From: an uncultured Candidatus Solibacter sp.
GTDB taxonomy: Bacteria; Acidobacteriota; Terriglobia; Bryobacterales; Bryobacteraceae
Direction of reading: 5' to 3'
Assembly (NCBI GenBank): GCA_964385495.1
Contig: CAYLPH010000021.1
Span: forward strand, 38,738-102,737
DNA: 64,000 nt
The notes below the pieces were generated by a model. It had not been told where the DNA came from and did not search any database. It saw nothing but the letters and a program-made list of their open reading frames with translations. Positions 33,650 through 42,771 of this stretch are shown here, in pieces. Within the stretch, counting starts at the first letter, position 1; every line of letters begins with the position of its first letter. The translations under genes were made by a program, and so were the position numbers.

Positions 33650-33909
33650 TCCCCGGACGAAGCCATTTGGCGGGCGACCAGGAGGTCGATCTCACCCCGG
33701 TGGTCTTCGTAATACGCGAGGCACTCGAAAATCTGGGCGCGCGTAAGTTGGGGAAAACAGTTCTGTCTGAGGGAGTCGACGGTCTCGCCGTTTTGGAGCA
33801 AGCCGATCACGTCGTGTACGCCGATACGCGTACCTTCGACGGCAGCGTTGCCGCTGCGAACGCCAGCGGTGCGCACAATGTAGCGGTAGCCCTGGGAGAC
33901 AGCTTGCAT
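33646..33909 (-). CDS. DUF433 domain protein (putative antitoxin)
   Basis: 87-aa ORF. ...IVRTAGVRSGNAAVEGTRIGVHDVIGLLQNGETVDSLRQNCFPQLTRAQIFECLAYYEDHRGEID. Confidence 0.75.
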   Translation of the reverse strand: MQAVSQGYRYIVRTAGVRSGNAAVEGTRIGVHDVIGLLQNGETVDSLRQNCFPQLTRAQIFECLAYYEDHRGEIDLLVARQMASSGE

Positions 33910-33995
33910 ACCCAGATGGTAATGAGAGCGTCGGAGAGTGTCAACCTCGATCCTTGTCTACTGAGGAGAGCACTCCTGCCTGCGGCCTACATGCG

Positions 33996-35342
33996 TCAAT
34001 CGGTGCGCATCATCCCGCTGATCACCCGCTTCGGCACCGCCCCGACAGTGATTTTCTTCACTACTTCGAAGGTCCGGTTATCGACAACCACCGTCTGGTC
34101 GTCGCCCGCCACCGCCACATATACGTGCTTGCCATCGGGAGGGATGGCCAGCCAATCCGGATGCGACCCAACATCCACCATCTTCACCAACCGGTAATCC
34201 GGCAACGAGTATGCCGCGATGGCCCCATAGTGTTTGCTGGTGGCCCAAAGCAGCTTGCCGTCTGGGGTTATCGCCAGACCGTGCGAAGGCGAGCCCTGCA
34301 GCCCTTCCAACTCCTTCTTTTTCCCTGGTGGATCCGGAAGCGGAATGCGCCGCATCTCCTTCCTGGTGGCGAAGTCCACCAGCGCGAAGCCGTGGTAGTC
34401 CGACAACTGCACGATGATGTTCCGGGTCGAACCGTCCGGGTTGCGTGTGAACGCCATGGGCCGGATACCCGAGCTCAATGTGAGCGTCCACGCCAGGGTC
34501 TGCGACTTCGCGTCGATCACGCTGATCGTGCTCGCGGCAATGGATCCGGCCACCACGTGCTTGCCGTCCGGCGTCATGTAGACGTTGTGAATCTCGCCCT
34601 TCACGGGCACACTCTTGATGTTCCGGTTCGACGCGCTGTCGATAATATCCACCGCCCCGGGCGCCTCTCTGATTCCGACATACACATAGCGCCCATCGGG
34701 CGAGATGTCGACATTATTCGGCTTACCACTCAGCGGAATCCTTTCGATGACCCGCAGGTTGCCGCAATCGACAACGTCCAGCGTCACCCGCGATTCGTTG
34801 GTCACATACAGACGGCGCCCGTCCGGAGACAGCACCAGCCCATGCGGCACCTCAATGCCGTCGATCCTTGCGATCACGCGATTCGTTGCCGGGTCGATGA
34901 TATGGATGTCGTCGCCCGCCGCGTTCGATTGCAGCACCCGCACTCCCGACGCGATTGGCTTCGTTTTGCCATTCACCCAGGCCGCCAGAATCTGCCATTC
35001 GGGGTCTTCCTGCGAATGCCAGTGCTTTCCTCCGGCGTGGAAATGATCGCCGCCGGCATGGTGCGACAGCGGATGTAGCAGCATCCTGCTCTTGAGGGGC
35101 TGCCCCGGCACGACGAAGCCCTTCCACGCATCGAAGTTCTTCTTCGACTGCTCTTCGGTCCACGTGGTGGCGCCCGGGGAGAGCGGCTGTAACGGTGGTA
35201 TGCGATGGGTGTGGCAGGAAACGCAACGCGCATGCCCATCGCGCTTCTTCAGCAGGATCGGCTGAACCTGATCCTTGAAGAACCCATAGTCAAGCGCGGG
35301 TAACTCGCCCGCGAACAGCAGCAATGGCAGGAGTGCAATCAT
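33996..35342 (-). CDS. c-type cytochrome domain fused to a YVTN-type beta-propeller
   Basis: 448-aa ORF. The N-terminal FFKDQVQPILLKKRDGHARCVSCH carries CxxCH, as in PSCyt-like domains. Repeated ...SPDGRRLYVTNES.., ..SPDGRYVYVG.., ..TPDGKHVVAG.., ..TPDGKLLWAT.., ..PPDGKHVYVAV.. blades follow. Confidence 0.8.
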   Translation of the reverse strand: MIALLPLLLFAGELPALDYGFFKDQVQPILLKKRDGHARCVSCHTHRIPPLQPLSPGATTWTEEQSKKNFDAWKGFVVPGQPLKSRMLLHPLSHHAGGDHFHAGGKHWHSQEDPEWQILAAWVNGKTKPIASGVRVLQSNAAGDDIHIIDPATNRVIARIDGIEVPHGLVLSPDGRRLYVTNESRVTLDVVDCGNLRVIERIPLSGKPNNVDISPDGRYVYVGIREAPGAVDIIDSASNRNIKSVPVKGEIHNVYMTPDGKHVVAGSIAASTISVIDAKSQTLAWTLTLSSGIRPMAFTRNPDGSTRNIIVQLSDYHGFALVDFATRKEMRRIPLPDPPGKKKELEGLQGSPSHGLAITPDGKLLWATSKHYGAIAAYSLPDYRLVKMVDVGSHPDWLAIPPDGKHVYVAVAGDDQTVVVDNRTFEVVKKITVGAVPKRVISGMMRTD

Positions 35343-35366
35343 GGCTTCCCTTGTCGGGAGACGCTA

Positions 35367-35786
35367 TCACACTCCGCTGAGCCGTACCAGCGTGGCCGAG
35401 TCTCCTTCTCCCGCGAAGTACTTGTCCAGCGCCTGTTGAAATACCTCGCTGGCGCCAGGCACCTGAGCGAACAGGGTCATGGAAGAATGGAACTTCCTGT
35501 CGTCAGGTGTGCCGAAAATCTGGCGAATGTGCCGGCCCTCCACTGCCATCACCAGTTCTGTGCAGTCCACCAGCCGCACTCCCAGTTTGGGATGCTCCAG
35601 GTAGGCCTTCGCTTCCTCCAGGGACTCGATGCCATAGTATTGCGACATCTCGCTGACACCCAAGCCCCGCAGTTGGGGGAACACGAACCACATCCAGTGC
35701 GTACGCTTATGGCCGTCGCGCAACTCCGCACGGACTTCATCGTAGATCAGATCCTGGGCTTCAACGAAACGGCGCAGATTGAACAT
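35367..35786 (-). CDS. DUF1810 family protein
   Basis: From the ATG at 35786: MFNLRRFVEAQDLIYDEVRAELRDGHKRTHWMWFVFPQLRGLGVSEMSQYYGIESLEEAKAYLEHPKLG.... Confidence 0.8.
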   Translation of the reverse strand: MFNLRRFVEAQDLIYDEVRAELRDGHKRTHWMWFVFPQLRGLGVSEMSQYYGIESLEEAKAYLEHPKLGVRLVDCTELVMAVEGRHIRQIFGTPDDRKFHSSMTLFAQVPGASEVFQQALDKYFAGEGDSATLVRLSGV

Positions 35787-36110
35787 GGATCCTAGGCACC
35801 GCGATGCCTCCGATACAGCGTACCGTATTACGCCGGTTAACGCGTTCACGCGAGTTGCAAACAATTCTCGCCTCCCCTAAGCCGTGCGGAATCTGTAACG
35901 TAATTACCTTTCGCAACCCGCCTGGTACCCGATCCCTTGGAGACCCACTGGTATCCTCAATCCGGGAGAATTGCACGGCATTCCCGGCACTTCACCGGAA
36001 AGGAAGTTCGCAGCCATGATCGGCAAACTCACGAGCGCGGGAATAGAAAAATTGCAATCCGAACCAACGGCCGAACCGAAAATCAATCACTTACAGGAGT
36101 CTGAATCACT

Positions 36111-36434
36111 ATGCCCGGCTGCCTAGGTCCCGACATCACCTTTCCGCGCCGCTTCGTGCCGCGCCCGGAAACCTGTTCTCCGTTCCTTTGCCGCCCCTCG
36201 CCGCATGGGCGACACGACGGTGTCTGCGCTTCTTCTGGCCAGCCCGCTACACCCAACGCCGCCGGCCGCGACACCCCGGCTGCGGCGCGCCATAAGACCG
36301 CGGCCCAGCCGTCGATCGAAGAGATGCGCCGCGAAGTCGACGAGACCAACGAGGTCCTCACCAGAGTCATGTTCACGCTTCGTGGCTTCCCGGACGCCGC
36401 CGCTGCGGTCTCGGCCATGCTCGTCCCGAACTAG
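36111..36434 (+). CDS. hypothetical protein (weak call)
   Basis: 107-aa ORF with GC-rich third positions and a CAGGAG 13 nt upstream. The sequence is Pro/Ala/Arg-rich with a helical tail (SIEEMRREVDETNEVLTRVMFTLRGF). I recognised no family. Confidence 0.3.
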   Translation: MPGCLGPDITFPRRFVPRPETCSPFLCRPSPHGRHDGVCASSGQPATPNAAGRDTPAAARHKTAAQPSIEEMRREVDETNEVLTRVMFTLRGFPDAAAAVSAMLVPN

Positions 36435-36453
36435 CCAGGAAACGGTCAAGAGC

Positions 36454-37698
36454 TTATGGCACCGGAATCCCAGCAATACAGCGTACCGTATCCCTTGCGA
36501 TCAGCAACTCTTCGTTGGTGGGAATCACCCAGGCCGGTATGCGGGACGTCTCGGCCGATATGCAGGCATCCACGCCAATGGCGCCCGCGTTGCGGCCCGC
36601 GTCTACTTCGATGCCCATCCCGGCCAGCGGCTCCAAAATGCGCTGGCGGATAACCGGGGAATTTTCCCCGATACCGCCGCCGAACAGAACCGCGTCACAG
36701 CCTCCCATCGCGGCCATGTACGCGCCGATGTACTTGCGCACGCGGTAGCAGAACATGTCGATGGCAAGCTTCGCGCGCGGATTGCCTTTCGCCTCCTCTT
36801 CCAGTAGGACGCGCATGTCGCTGGAGATTCCCGACACGCCATAAAGGCCGCTCATGCGATTCAGCATCGACTCCAGCCCCTGGGGATCCATCTCCTCGTG
36901 CCAGATGATGTGCAGCACCGCCATCGGATCGACATCCCCGCATCGCGTGCCCATCAGCAGCCCTTCCAGCGGCGTGAAACCCATCGACGTGTCCACCGAA
37001 TCGCCGCCGTCGATCGCGCATACCGAACAGCCGTTGCCCAGGTGGCAGGTGATGAGCTTGTAATCGTCGCGCGACTTGCCGTGGATTTGCGCGAACCGGT
37101 AGGAGATGTAGCGGTGCGATGTGCCATGGAAGCCATAGCGGCGGATCTTGAAGCGCTCGTAATAGAGGTACGGCAGGCCGTAAAGATAGGCGTGCGGCGG
37201 CATCGAGCTATGAAACGCCGTATCGAACACCGCTACGTGCTGGGCACCGGGCAGCAGGGATCGGGCCGCGTAGAAGCCCTTCAGGTTATGCGGCGTATGA
37301 AGCGGCGCCAGATCCACCGAATCCTCGATCGTATCCACCACCTCTTCGCTCATCAGCGTCGAAGAGCGGAAGCGTTCCCCGCCGTGAACGATGCGGTGGC
37401 CCACTCCCTCAATGCCGTTCGGGCCCTGGATCTCATCGCCCCAATGCTGCAGGCAGGCGTCCACGATGGCTTGCACCGCATCCTCGGCCTTGTAAATGGG
37501 TTTCGGTTCTTTCAGTTTCTTACGCCCGGGAATCCGCTCGGGTGCCTCTACGTTCACGACGGAGTAAGGCGTGCCCATCCGGTCCACCGTGATCTTGGCC
37601 AGCAGCCGGTCGCTATTGGAAGCGATCATGTCCGGGCTAGTCTCGATCAACTGGCTCTTCGCGGTGGAACTGCCGAAATTTAAAACAAGGACCTTCAT
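36454..37698 (-). CDS. ackA: acetate kinase
   Basis: 414-aa [20 protein letters not shown]..., ...GHRIVHGGERF..., ...VAVFDTAFH..., ...RRYGFHGTSHRY..., ...FGGGIGENS. Confidence 0.92.
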   Translation of the reverse strand: MKVLVLNFGSSTAKSQLIETSPDMIASNSDRLLAKITVDRMGTPYSVVNVEAPERIPGRKKLKEPKPIYKAEDAVQAIVDACLQHWGDEIQGPNGIEGVGHRIVHGGERFRSSTLMSEEVVDTIEDSVDLAPLHTPHNLKGFYAARSLLPGAQHVAVFDTAFHSSMPPHAYLYGLPYLYYERFKIRRYGFHGTSHRYISYRFAQIHGKSRDDYKLITCHLGNGCSVCAIDGGDSVDTSMGFTPLEGLLMGTRCGDVDPMAVLHIIWHEEMDPQGLESMLNRMSGLYGVSGISSDMRVLLEEEAKGNPRAKLAIDMFCYRVRKYIGAYMAAMGGCDAVLFGGGIGENSPVIRQRILEPLAGMGIEVDAGRNAGAIGVDACISAETSRIPAWVIPTNEELLIARDTVRCIAGIPVP

Positions 37699-38834
37699 AA
37701 ATGTTTAACGGGTGGAATGGGTACGGTGCCGACGATCTCGATGCCAAAGCCTTCCAGCCCGGCAACCTTGCGTGGATTATTGGTGAGCAGCCGGATTCGC
37801 GACAGGCCCAGGTCCACCAGGATCTGCGCACCGATGCCGGTATCGTGCTGCTGCCGCCTCTCGCCCTGAGGCGTGGCGGGAAACTCATCCCGCCCATGCG
37901 TGAGCAGGCGCGTTCCCTGCGGGTCGGCATGCGTGCGGATGCCGGCCCCGGTCTGGTGCAGGTAGACCAGAACGCCCGCGCCTTCTTCGTCGATCGCCTT
38001 CAGCGCGCCATGAATCGCCTGGCCGCACTGGCAGTCGATGCTGTGAAACACATCGCCGTAGGTGCAGCGGGAATGCATGCGCACCAGAACATCGCCGCTG
38101 TGGCGCACATCTCCGCGAACCAGCGCCATGTGTGTCTCGCCATCCACGTTGCAGGAGTAGGATATGGTCCGGAACTCGCCGTGCGCCGTGCGCAGGCAGC
38201 CTTCGGCCCTCCGCATCACAATACTCTCGTGCTGCAGCCGGTAACGGATAAGGTCCGCCACGGAAATCATCTTCAGCCCGTGCTTTTCACAGAACTGTAT
38301 CAATTCGGGCACCCGCGCCATGGTGCCGTCGTCATTCATGATTTCGCAGATCACACCGCCAGGACGGAGTCCAGCTAGGCGTGCCAGGTCCACCGCGGCT
38401 TCTGTCTGTCCGGTCCGCACGAGCACGCCACCCTGTTTGGCGCGGAGCGGAAACATGTGTCCTGGGCGCGCCAGATCCGCTGGGCGTGTGGCCGGGTCCA
38501 TCATCACGCGGATGGTATGGGCGCGGTCCGCGGCGGAGATGCCGGTGGTCACACCGCTGGCCGCATCCACGGATTCGCAGAAAGCCGTCCCGAACATCGA
38601 CGTGTTGCGCGGCGTAATGAGCGGCAAATGAAGTTGGTCACACAACTCCGGCGCCAGCGCGATGCAAATCAGCCCGCGCCCATGCACGGCCATGAAATTA
38701 ATGAGCTCTGGCGTTATCTTCTCGGCGGCAATAGTAAGGTCGCCTTCGTTCTCGCGATCCTCGTCGTCCACCACCACCAACATCCGCCCGGCGGCGAAGT
38801 CAGCAATGGCTTCCGGTATCGGCGCAAATGGCAT
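37695..38834 (-). CDS. ribBA: bifunctional 3,4-dihydroxy-2-butanone-4-phosphate synthase / GTP cyclohydrolase II
   Basis: 379-aa ORF. ...[40 protein letters not shown]... (RibB) followed by ...[21 protein letters not shown]... (RibA). There is a 4-nt overlap with ackA. Confidence 0.92.
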   Translation of the reverse strand: MPFAPIPEAIADFAAGRMLVVVDDEDRENEGDLTIAAEKITPELINFMAVHGRGLICIALAPELCDQLHLPLITPRNTSMFGTAFCESVDAASGVTTGISAADRAHTIRVMMDPATRPADLARPGHMFPLRAKQGGVLVRTGQTEAAVDLARLAGLRPGGVICEIMNDDGTMARVPELIQFCEKHGLKMISVADLIRYRLQHESIVMRRAEGCLRTAHGEFRTISYSCNVDGETHMALVRGDVRHSGDVLVRMHSRCTYGDVFHSIDCQCGQAIHGALKAIDEEGAGVLVYLHQTGAGIRTHADPQGTRLLTHGRDEFPATPQGERRQQHDTGIGAQILVDLGLSRIRLLTNNPRKVAGLEGFGIEIVGTVPIPPVKHL

Positions 38835-38880
38835 AATGATTAACTCGATTCTAGCGTGAGCGCCCGGCGCGCTCGAGGTT

Positions 38881-41880
38881 TTGATGCATCAGGTCGCCCG
38901 TCCGAAGAATCTCCGGACTCCGCAACAGGAGTCACGCGAACGTGTCCGCTATTACATCTTCGCGGCCTTCGTTGGTATCCTTTTGCTGCTCAACGTCACG
39001 GGTGTCTTCAAGACTTTTCTCGGCATTGATACCGCCGCCTTCGTGGTTGTGCTGGCTGGCTACAAAACGTTCTACAACTCCATTGTTTCTCTTCTTGACA
39101 GGCAGGTCACGGCGGACCTGGCGATCTGCATCGCCGTGGTGGCCGCGCTTTCCACCGGCGAGTATCTGGCCGCCGCCGAGGCGCTGTTCATCATCCTGGT
39201 GGGTGAGGGGCTGGAAACGTACGCGGCTGGCCGTACCGACGCTGCCATTCGCAAGTTCGTGGAGCAGATGCCCCGCCGCGCCCACCTGCTCCGCGATGGC
39301 CAGGAAGTGGAGGTAGATGTCGACGACCTCAATCCAGGTGACCGCATTCTGGTGCGCGCCGGAGAGCGCATCACCGCCGATGGCTTAGTTGCCACGGGCC
39401 TGTCCAGCGTGGATGAGAGCACCATCACCGGTGAACCCGTACCGCGCGACAAGAAGCCCGGCGAGTCCGTGTTTGCCGGGACATTAAATGGCACCGGGTT
39501 GCTGGAGATCCAGGTCACCAGCGCCGGCTGGGATACAACACTGGCCCATGTGGTGCACCTGGTGAAAGAAGCCAGGAACCGCCAGGCTCCGGTAGAGCGC
39601 GCCGCCGATCAGGCTGCGAAGTACTTTCTGCCCGCGATACTGCTGGCCGCCGCCGCTACGTTCTACTTCACGCGCGATTGGCTGCGTACCGTTGCCGTTT
39701 TGATTGTCGGCTGTCCGTGCGCGTTGATTCTGGCAACGCCAACAGCCATGGTCGCGGCGATCGGCGGCCTGGCTCGCAAAGGCATCCTGGTGCGGGGCGG
39801 CGCCGTTCTCCAGAAAGCCGCGAAGGTGAATGCAGTCGTCTTCGACAAGACAGGCACGGTTACGGAAGGTAAGTTCGAGATTGTGCGTGTCATTCCGGCT
39901 GCGCAAAGCGAAGGGGAGGTGCTGCGGTTGGCGGCGATGGCCGAACGCGGGTCGGAGCATGTTCTGGCGCGCGTCATCGTCGAAGCCGCCAGGGCCAAGC
40001 ACATGGATATCCCTGCCGTCGAGGACGCCCGCGTGCTTCCAGGCTGCGGTGCGGAGGGCGTTTACCAGGGCATCGCCATTCGCGCCGGCAACGCCGCGTA
40101 CCTGAACGAGCATGGCGTCACAGGTCTGGAGGGCGCCCTTGCAGAAGCGGACCGTATGGGTGCTACCGCCGTGCTGGTAGCGGAAGACAACAGCTTGGCG
40201 GGCGCCATCCTGCTCCGCGACCGGCTTCGCGCCGGCGTGAAGAAGGCTATTCACCAACTGCGTGATCTCGATATCGACGATGTCGTCATGCTCACCGGCG
40301 ACCGGCGCCGCGCCGCCGAAGTGATCGCGAAGGAACTCCAGTTTCCGCAATTTGAAGCGGAACTGCTGCCAGAACAGAAGCTCGACCGCATCCGCCAGTT
40401 GGCAGGCAGCGGGCGCGTGGTGGCGATGGTCGGCGACGGTATCAACGACGCCCCCGCCTTGGCCGCAGCCGATGTGGGTATCGCGGTGAAGGGCGCCAGC
40501 GACATCACGGCCGAAGCCGCTGATGTGGTCTACATGAGCGATAGCCTGGACCGCCTGCCCCTGCTCTTCCGTGTCAGCCGGCGGGCCATGAAGATCACCT
40601 GGCAGAACATCGTGATCTTTGCCGGCGTGGTCAACTTCGCCGCGGTTCTGGCCTGCGCCACCGGCATCCTGGGACCGCTTGGGGCTGCCTTCACGCACCA
40701 GATCTCCTCGCTCTTCGTGATGCTGAGTTCACTGCGTCTGCTGCAAGCGGAGCCGGCGCAACCTGTCTGGGTGAGAAAGTATTTTGGCTGGGCGAGCGGG
40801 CATAGAATCCATCACCGGTGGGAACGGCTCGACCTCGCTCGGGCGGCACGTCGAGTCTGGTCCCAACGCGGCCGCTGGGCCCGTCCATTGGCGGCGGCCG
40901 CGGTTGCAATGGTGGTCATGAACGGCTTCTACGTGCTCCAACCCGACGAGACCGGCGTGGTGGAACGGTTCGGACGCAAGCTCATGCCGCACCGCGAGCC
41001 CGGCCTGCACTACAAATTGCCGTGGCCGGTGGAGAAGCTCACGCGCATCCAGGCACGGCGTACACGGGTGCTGGAGTTCGGGTATCGCTCCACCGCTGAC
41101 GCCAATGAGTCCGAGCCTGCCGCGTACGAATGGAACGTCCAGCACCGCGGCGGTCGCTTCCAACGCAAGCCGGAAGAGGCGCTGGTGCTTACCGGCGACC
41201 AGAACATGATGGAGGTGAATGCCGCCATTCATTACCGCCTGGCGCGGCCCGATGAATTCCTGTTCGGCCTCGCCGATGGAGAGGCGACGGTGCGCGTTGC
41301 CGCGGAGTCGGCTGTCCATGCGGTGCTCACCACGATGGACCTGGACGGGGCATTAACGCAGTCCCGGCGCGCGATGGAACAACGTATCGCCGGCGAGATG
41401 CAGCGCCGGCTGGACCGCTACCAGGCAGGTGTCGAGGTGCTGCACGTCAAACTGCTGGACGTGCATCCGTCGCTCGAAGTGGTGGATGCTTTCCGGAACG
41501 TCGCCGGAGCCTTCGAGGAGAAGAACCGGCTGGTCAATGAAGCAGAGGGCTATCGCAATGAGCAGGTGGCGCTGGCGCGCGGCAACGCACAGGCAGGCCT
41601 TCTCAACGCACAGGGCTATCGGGTTGGGCGCCGCAATCGCTCAGAAGGCGATGCCAGCCGCTTCGTCCGGGCCGAAGGCGCGTTCCGCACGGCTCCGGGG
41701 TCTACGGAAACGCGCCTCTATCTCGAGGCCATGGAAGAAGTCCTCCCCGGAAAACGCAAGCTGATCGTAGATGCTACCAAAGGCCGCCGGCACTTGCTGC
41801 TGCTGGAAGATGGAGTGGAGATCGCCCCGCCGGCCATGCCCTTTGTCGCACCCAACCGGCCACAGCGGGAGGAGCAGTAA
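38881..41880 (+). CDS. P1B-type heavy-metal-translocating ATPase fused to a C-terminal HflK-like SPFH (Band 7) domain
   Basis: 999-aa ORF with 8 N-terminal TM segments, TGEP (aa 183-186), CPC (nt 39712-39720), DKTGT (nt 39844-39858) and GDGINDAPAL (aa 519-528). After aa ~622 come an Arg/Trp-rich linker and one TM (aa ~669-686). An HflK-like sequence follows (VVERFGRKL..PGLHYKLPWPVEKL..LTGDQNMMEVNAAIHYR..VDAFRNVAGAFEEKNRLVNEAEGYRNE..GDASRF..RLYLEAMEEVL). Confidence 0.8.
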   Translation: MMHQVARPKNLRTPQQESRERVRYYIFAAFVGILLLLNVTGVFKTFLGIDTAAFVVVLAGYKTFYNSIVSLLDRQVTADLAICIAVVAALSTGEYLAAAEALFIILVGEGLETYAAGRTDAAIRKFVEQMPRRAHLLRDGQEVEVDVDDLNPGDRILVRAGERITADGLVATGLSSVDESTITGEPVPRDKKPGESVFAGTLNGTGLLEIQVTSAGWDTTLAHVVHLVKEARNRQAPVERAADQAAKYFLPAILLAAAATFYFTRDWLRTVAVLIVGCPCALILATPTAMVAAIGGLARKGILVRGGAVLQKAAKVNAVVFDKTGTVTEGKFEIVRVIPAAQSEGEVLRLAAMAERGSEHVLARVIVEAARAKHMDIPAVEDARVLPGCGAEGVYQGIAIRAGNAAYLNEHGVTGLEGALAEADRMGATAVLVAEDNSLAGAILLRDRLRAGVKKAIHQLRDLDIDDVVMLTGDRRRAAEVIAKELQFPQFEAELLPEQKLDRIRQLAGSGRVVAMVGDGINDAPALAAADVGIAVKGASDITAEAADVVYMSDSLDRLPLLFRVSRRAMKITWQNIVIFAGVVNFAAVLACATGILGPLGAAFTHQISSLFVMLSSLRLLQAEPAQPVWVRKYFGWASGHRIHHRWERLDLARAARRVWSQRGRWARPLAAAAVAMVVMNGFYVLQPDETGVVERFGRKLMPHREPGLHYKLPWPVEKLTRIQARRTRVLEFGYRSTADANESEPAAYEWNVQHRGGRFQRKPEEALVLTGDQNMMEVNAAIHYRLARPDEFLFGLADGEATVRVAAESAVHAVLTTMDLDGALTQSRRAMEQRIAGEMQRRLDRYQAGVEVLHVKLLDVHPSLEVVDAFRNVAGAFEEKNRLVNEAEGYRNEQVALARGNAQAGLLNAQGYRVGRRNRSEGDASRFVRAEGAFRTAPGSTETRLYLEAMEEVLPGKRKLIVDATKGRRHLLLLEDGVEIAPPAMPFVAPNRPQREEQ

Positions 41881-41883
41881 CTC

Positions 41884-42771
41884 ATGAACGGATTTGTCGA
41901 GAAGTATTCCCGCTGGCTGCTGGGTGCGGCCGCGCTCCTGATGATATGGCTATCGTTCTACACCGTGCGCGAGACCGAGTTCGTGCTGGTGACGCAGTTC
42001 GGGCGCCCGCTCTACACGGTCCACGAAGCGGGCCTACACACCAAGTGGTTCTTTCAAAGCGCAACCTACTTCGATAAGCGGCTGCGCGTTTATAACCCCC
42101 GCCCAAGTGAATTCCTGACGCGCGATAAGAAGAACCTGGTCGTGGAAAGCTACGTCGCCTGGCGCATTCAGGATCCCAAGCGCTTTGTGGAAAGCGTGGG
42201 CGATCCGGTTGCCGCGGAGATGCGCCTGCACGATATTGTCTGGTCCGGCCTGGCGGCGGCACTGGGCACTCATGATCTGGATTCGCTGATCTCGGTCAAC
42301 ACGCAAGCCGTACAGGCGCGGCAGCTCTTTGATCAACTGACAGCCGATACCGACCGCAAAGCGCTCGCCCAATACGGACTCCAGGTGGTGGACGTGCGCA
42401 TCAAACGCTTGAATCTCCCCGATCAGAACAAGCAGAGCGTCTATGCGCGAATGCGCGCCGAACGCGAACGGATCGCCCGCCAGTATCGCGCCGAAGGCGA
42501 AGAACAAGCGTTACGCATTCGCGCCGATGCGGACCGGCAGAAGGAAGAGATCCTCTCGCTTGCCTACAAAGATGCCGAGAAACTCAAAGGCGAGGGCGAT
42601 GCCGAGTCCACCCGCACGTACTCGCAGGCCTACTCGCGAAACCCGCGCTTCTACAAGCTGCTGCGCACTCTGGAGGCCTACAAGAAGGTCCTGGACGACA
42701 AGACCACAGCCATCCTCAGTTCGGACTCGGAACTGTTGAAAGTCCTGATGCGCGGAGAGACGGCCCAATGA
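41884..42771 (+). CDS. hflC: HflC-like SPFH domain protein
   Basis: 295-aa ORF with an N-terminal TM. ...FVLVTQFGRPL...LTRDKKNLVVESYVAWRIQDP...VVDVRIKRLNLPDQNKQSVYARMRAERERIARQYRAEGEEQALRIRADADR...GEGDAES...NPRFYKLLRTLEAYKKVL. Confidence 0.8.
   Translation: MNGFVEKYSRWLLGAAALLMIWLSFYTVRETEFVLVTQFGRPLYTVHEAGLHTKWFFQSATYFDKRLRVYNPRPSEFLTRDKKNLVVESYVAWRIQDPKRFVESVGDPVAAEMRLHDIVWSGLAAALGTHDLDSLISVNTQAVQARQLFDQLTADTDRKALAQYGLQVVDVRIKRLNLPDQNKQSVYARMRAERERIARQYRAEGEEQALRIRADADRQKEEILSLAYKDAEKLKGEGDAESTRTYSQAYSRNPRFYKLLRTLEAYKKVLDDKTTAILSSDSELLKVLMRGETAQ

Noticed and set aside
36016-36126. 36-aa ORF (MIGKLTSAGIEKLQSEPTAEPKINHLQESESLCPAA) with a GGAAAGGAAG upstream
   Set aside because: It is too short and featureless to support. 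It overlaps the start of the already weak 36111-36434 ORF. There is no way to test conservation from the sequence alone.
38835-38880. Possible FMN riboswitch upstream of ribBA
   Set aside because: Only 46 nt separate ribBA from the divergent ATPase gene, which is too short for an FMN aptamer. No conserved FMN-element sequence is visible.
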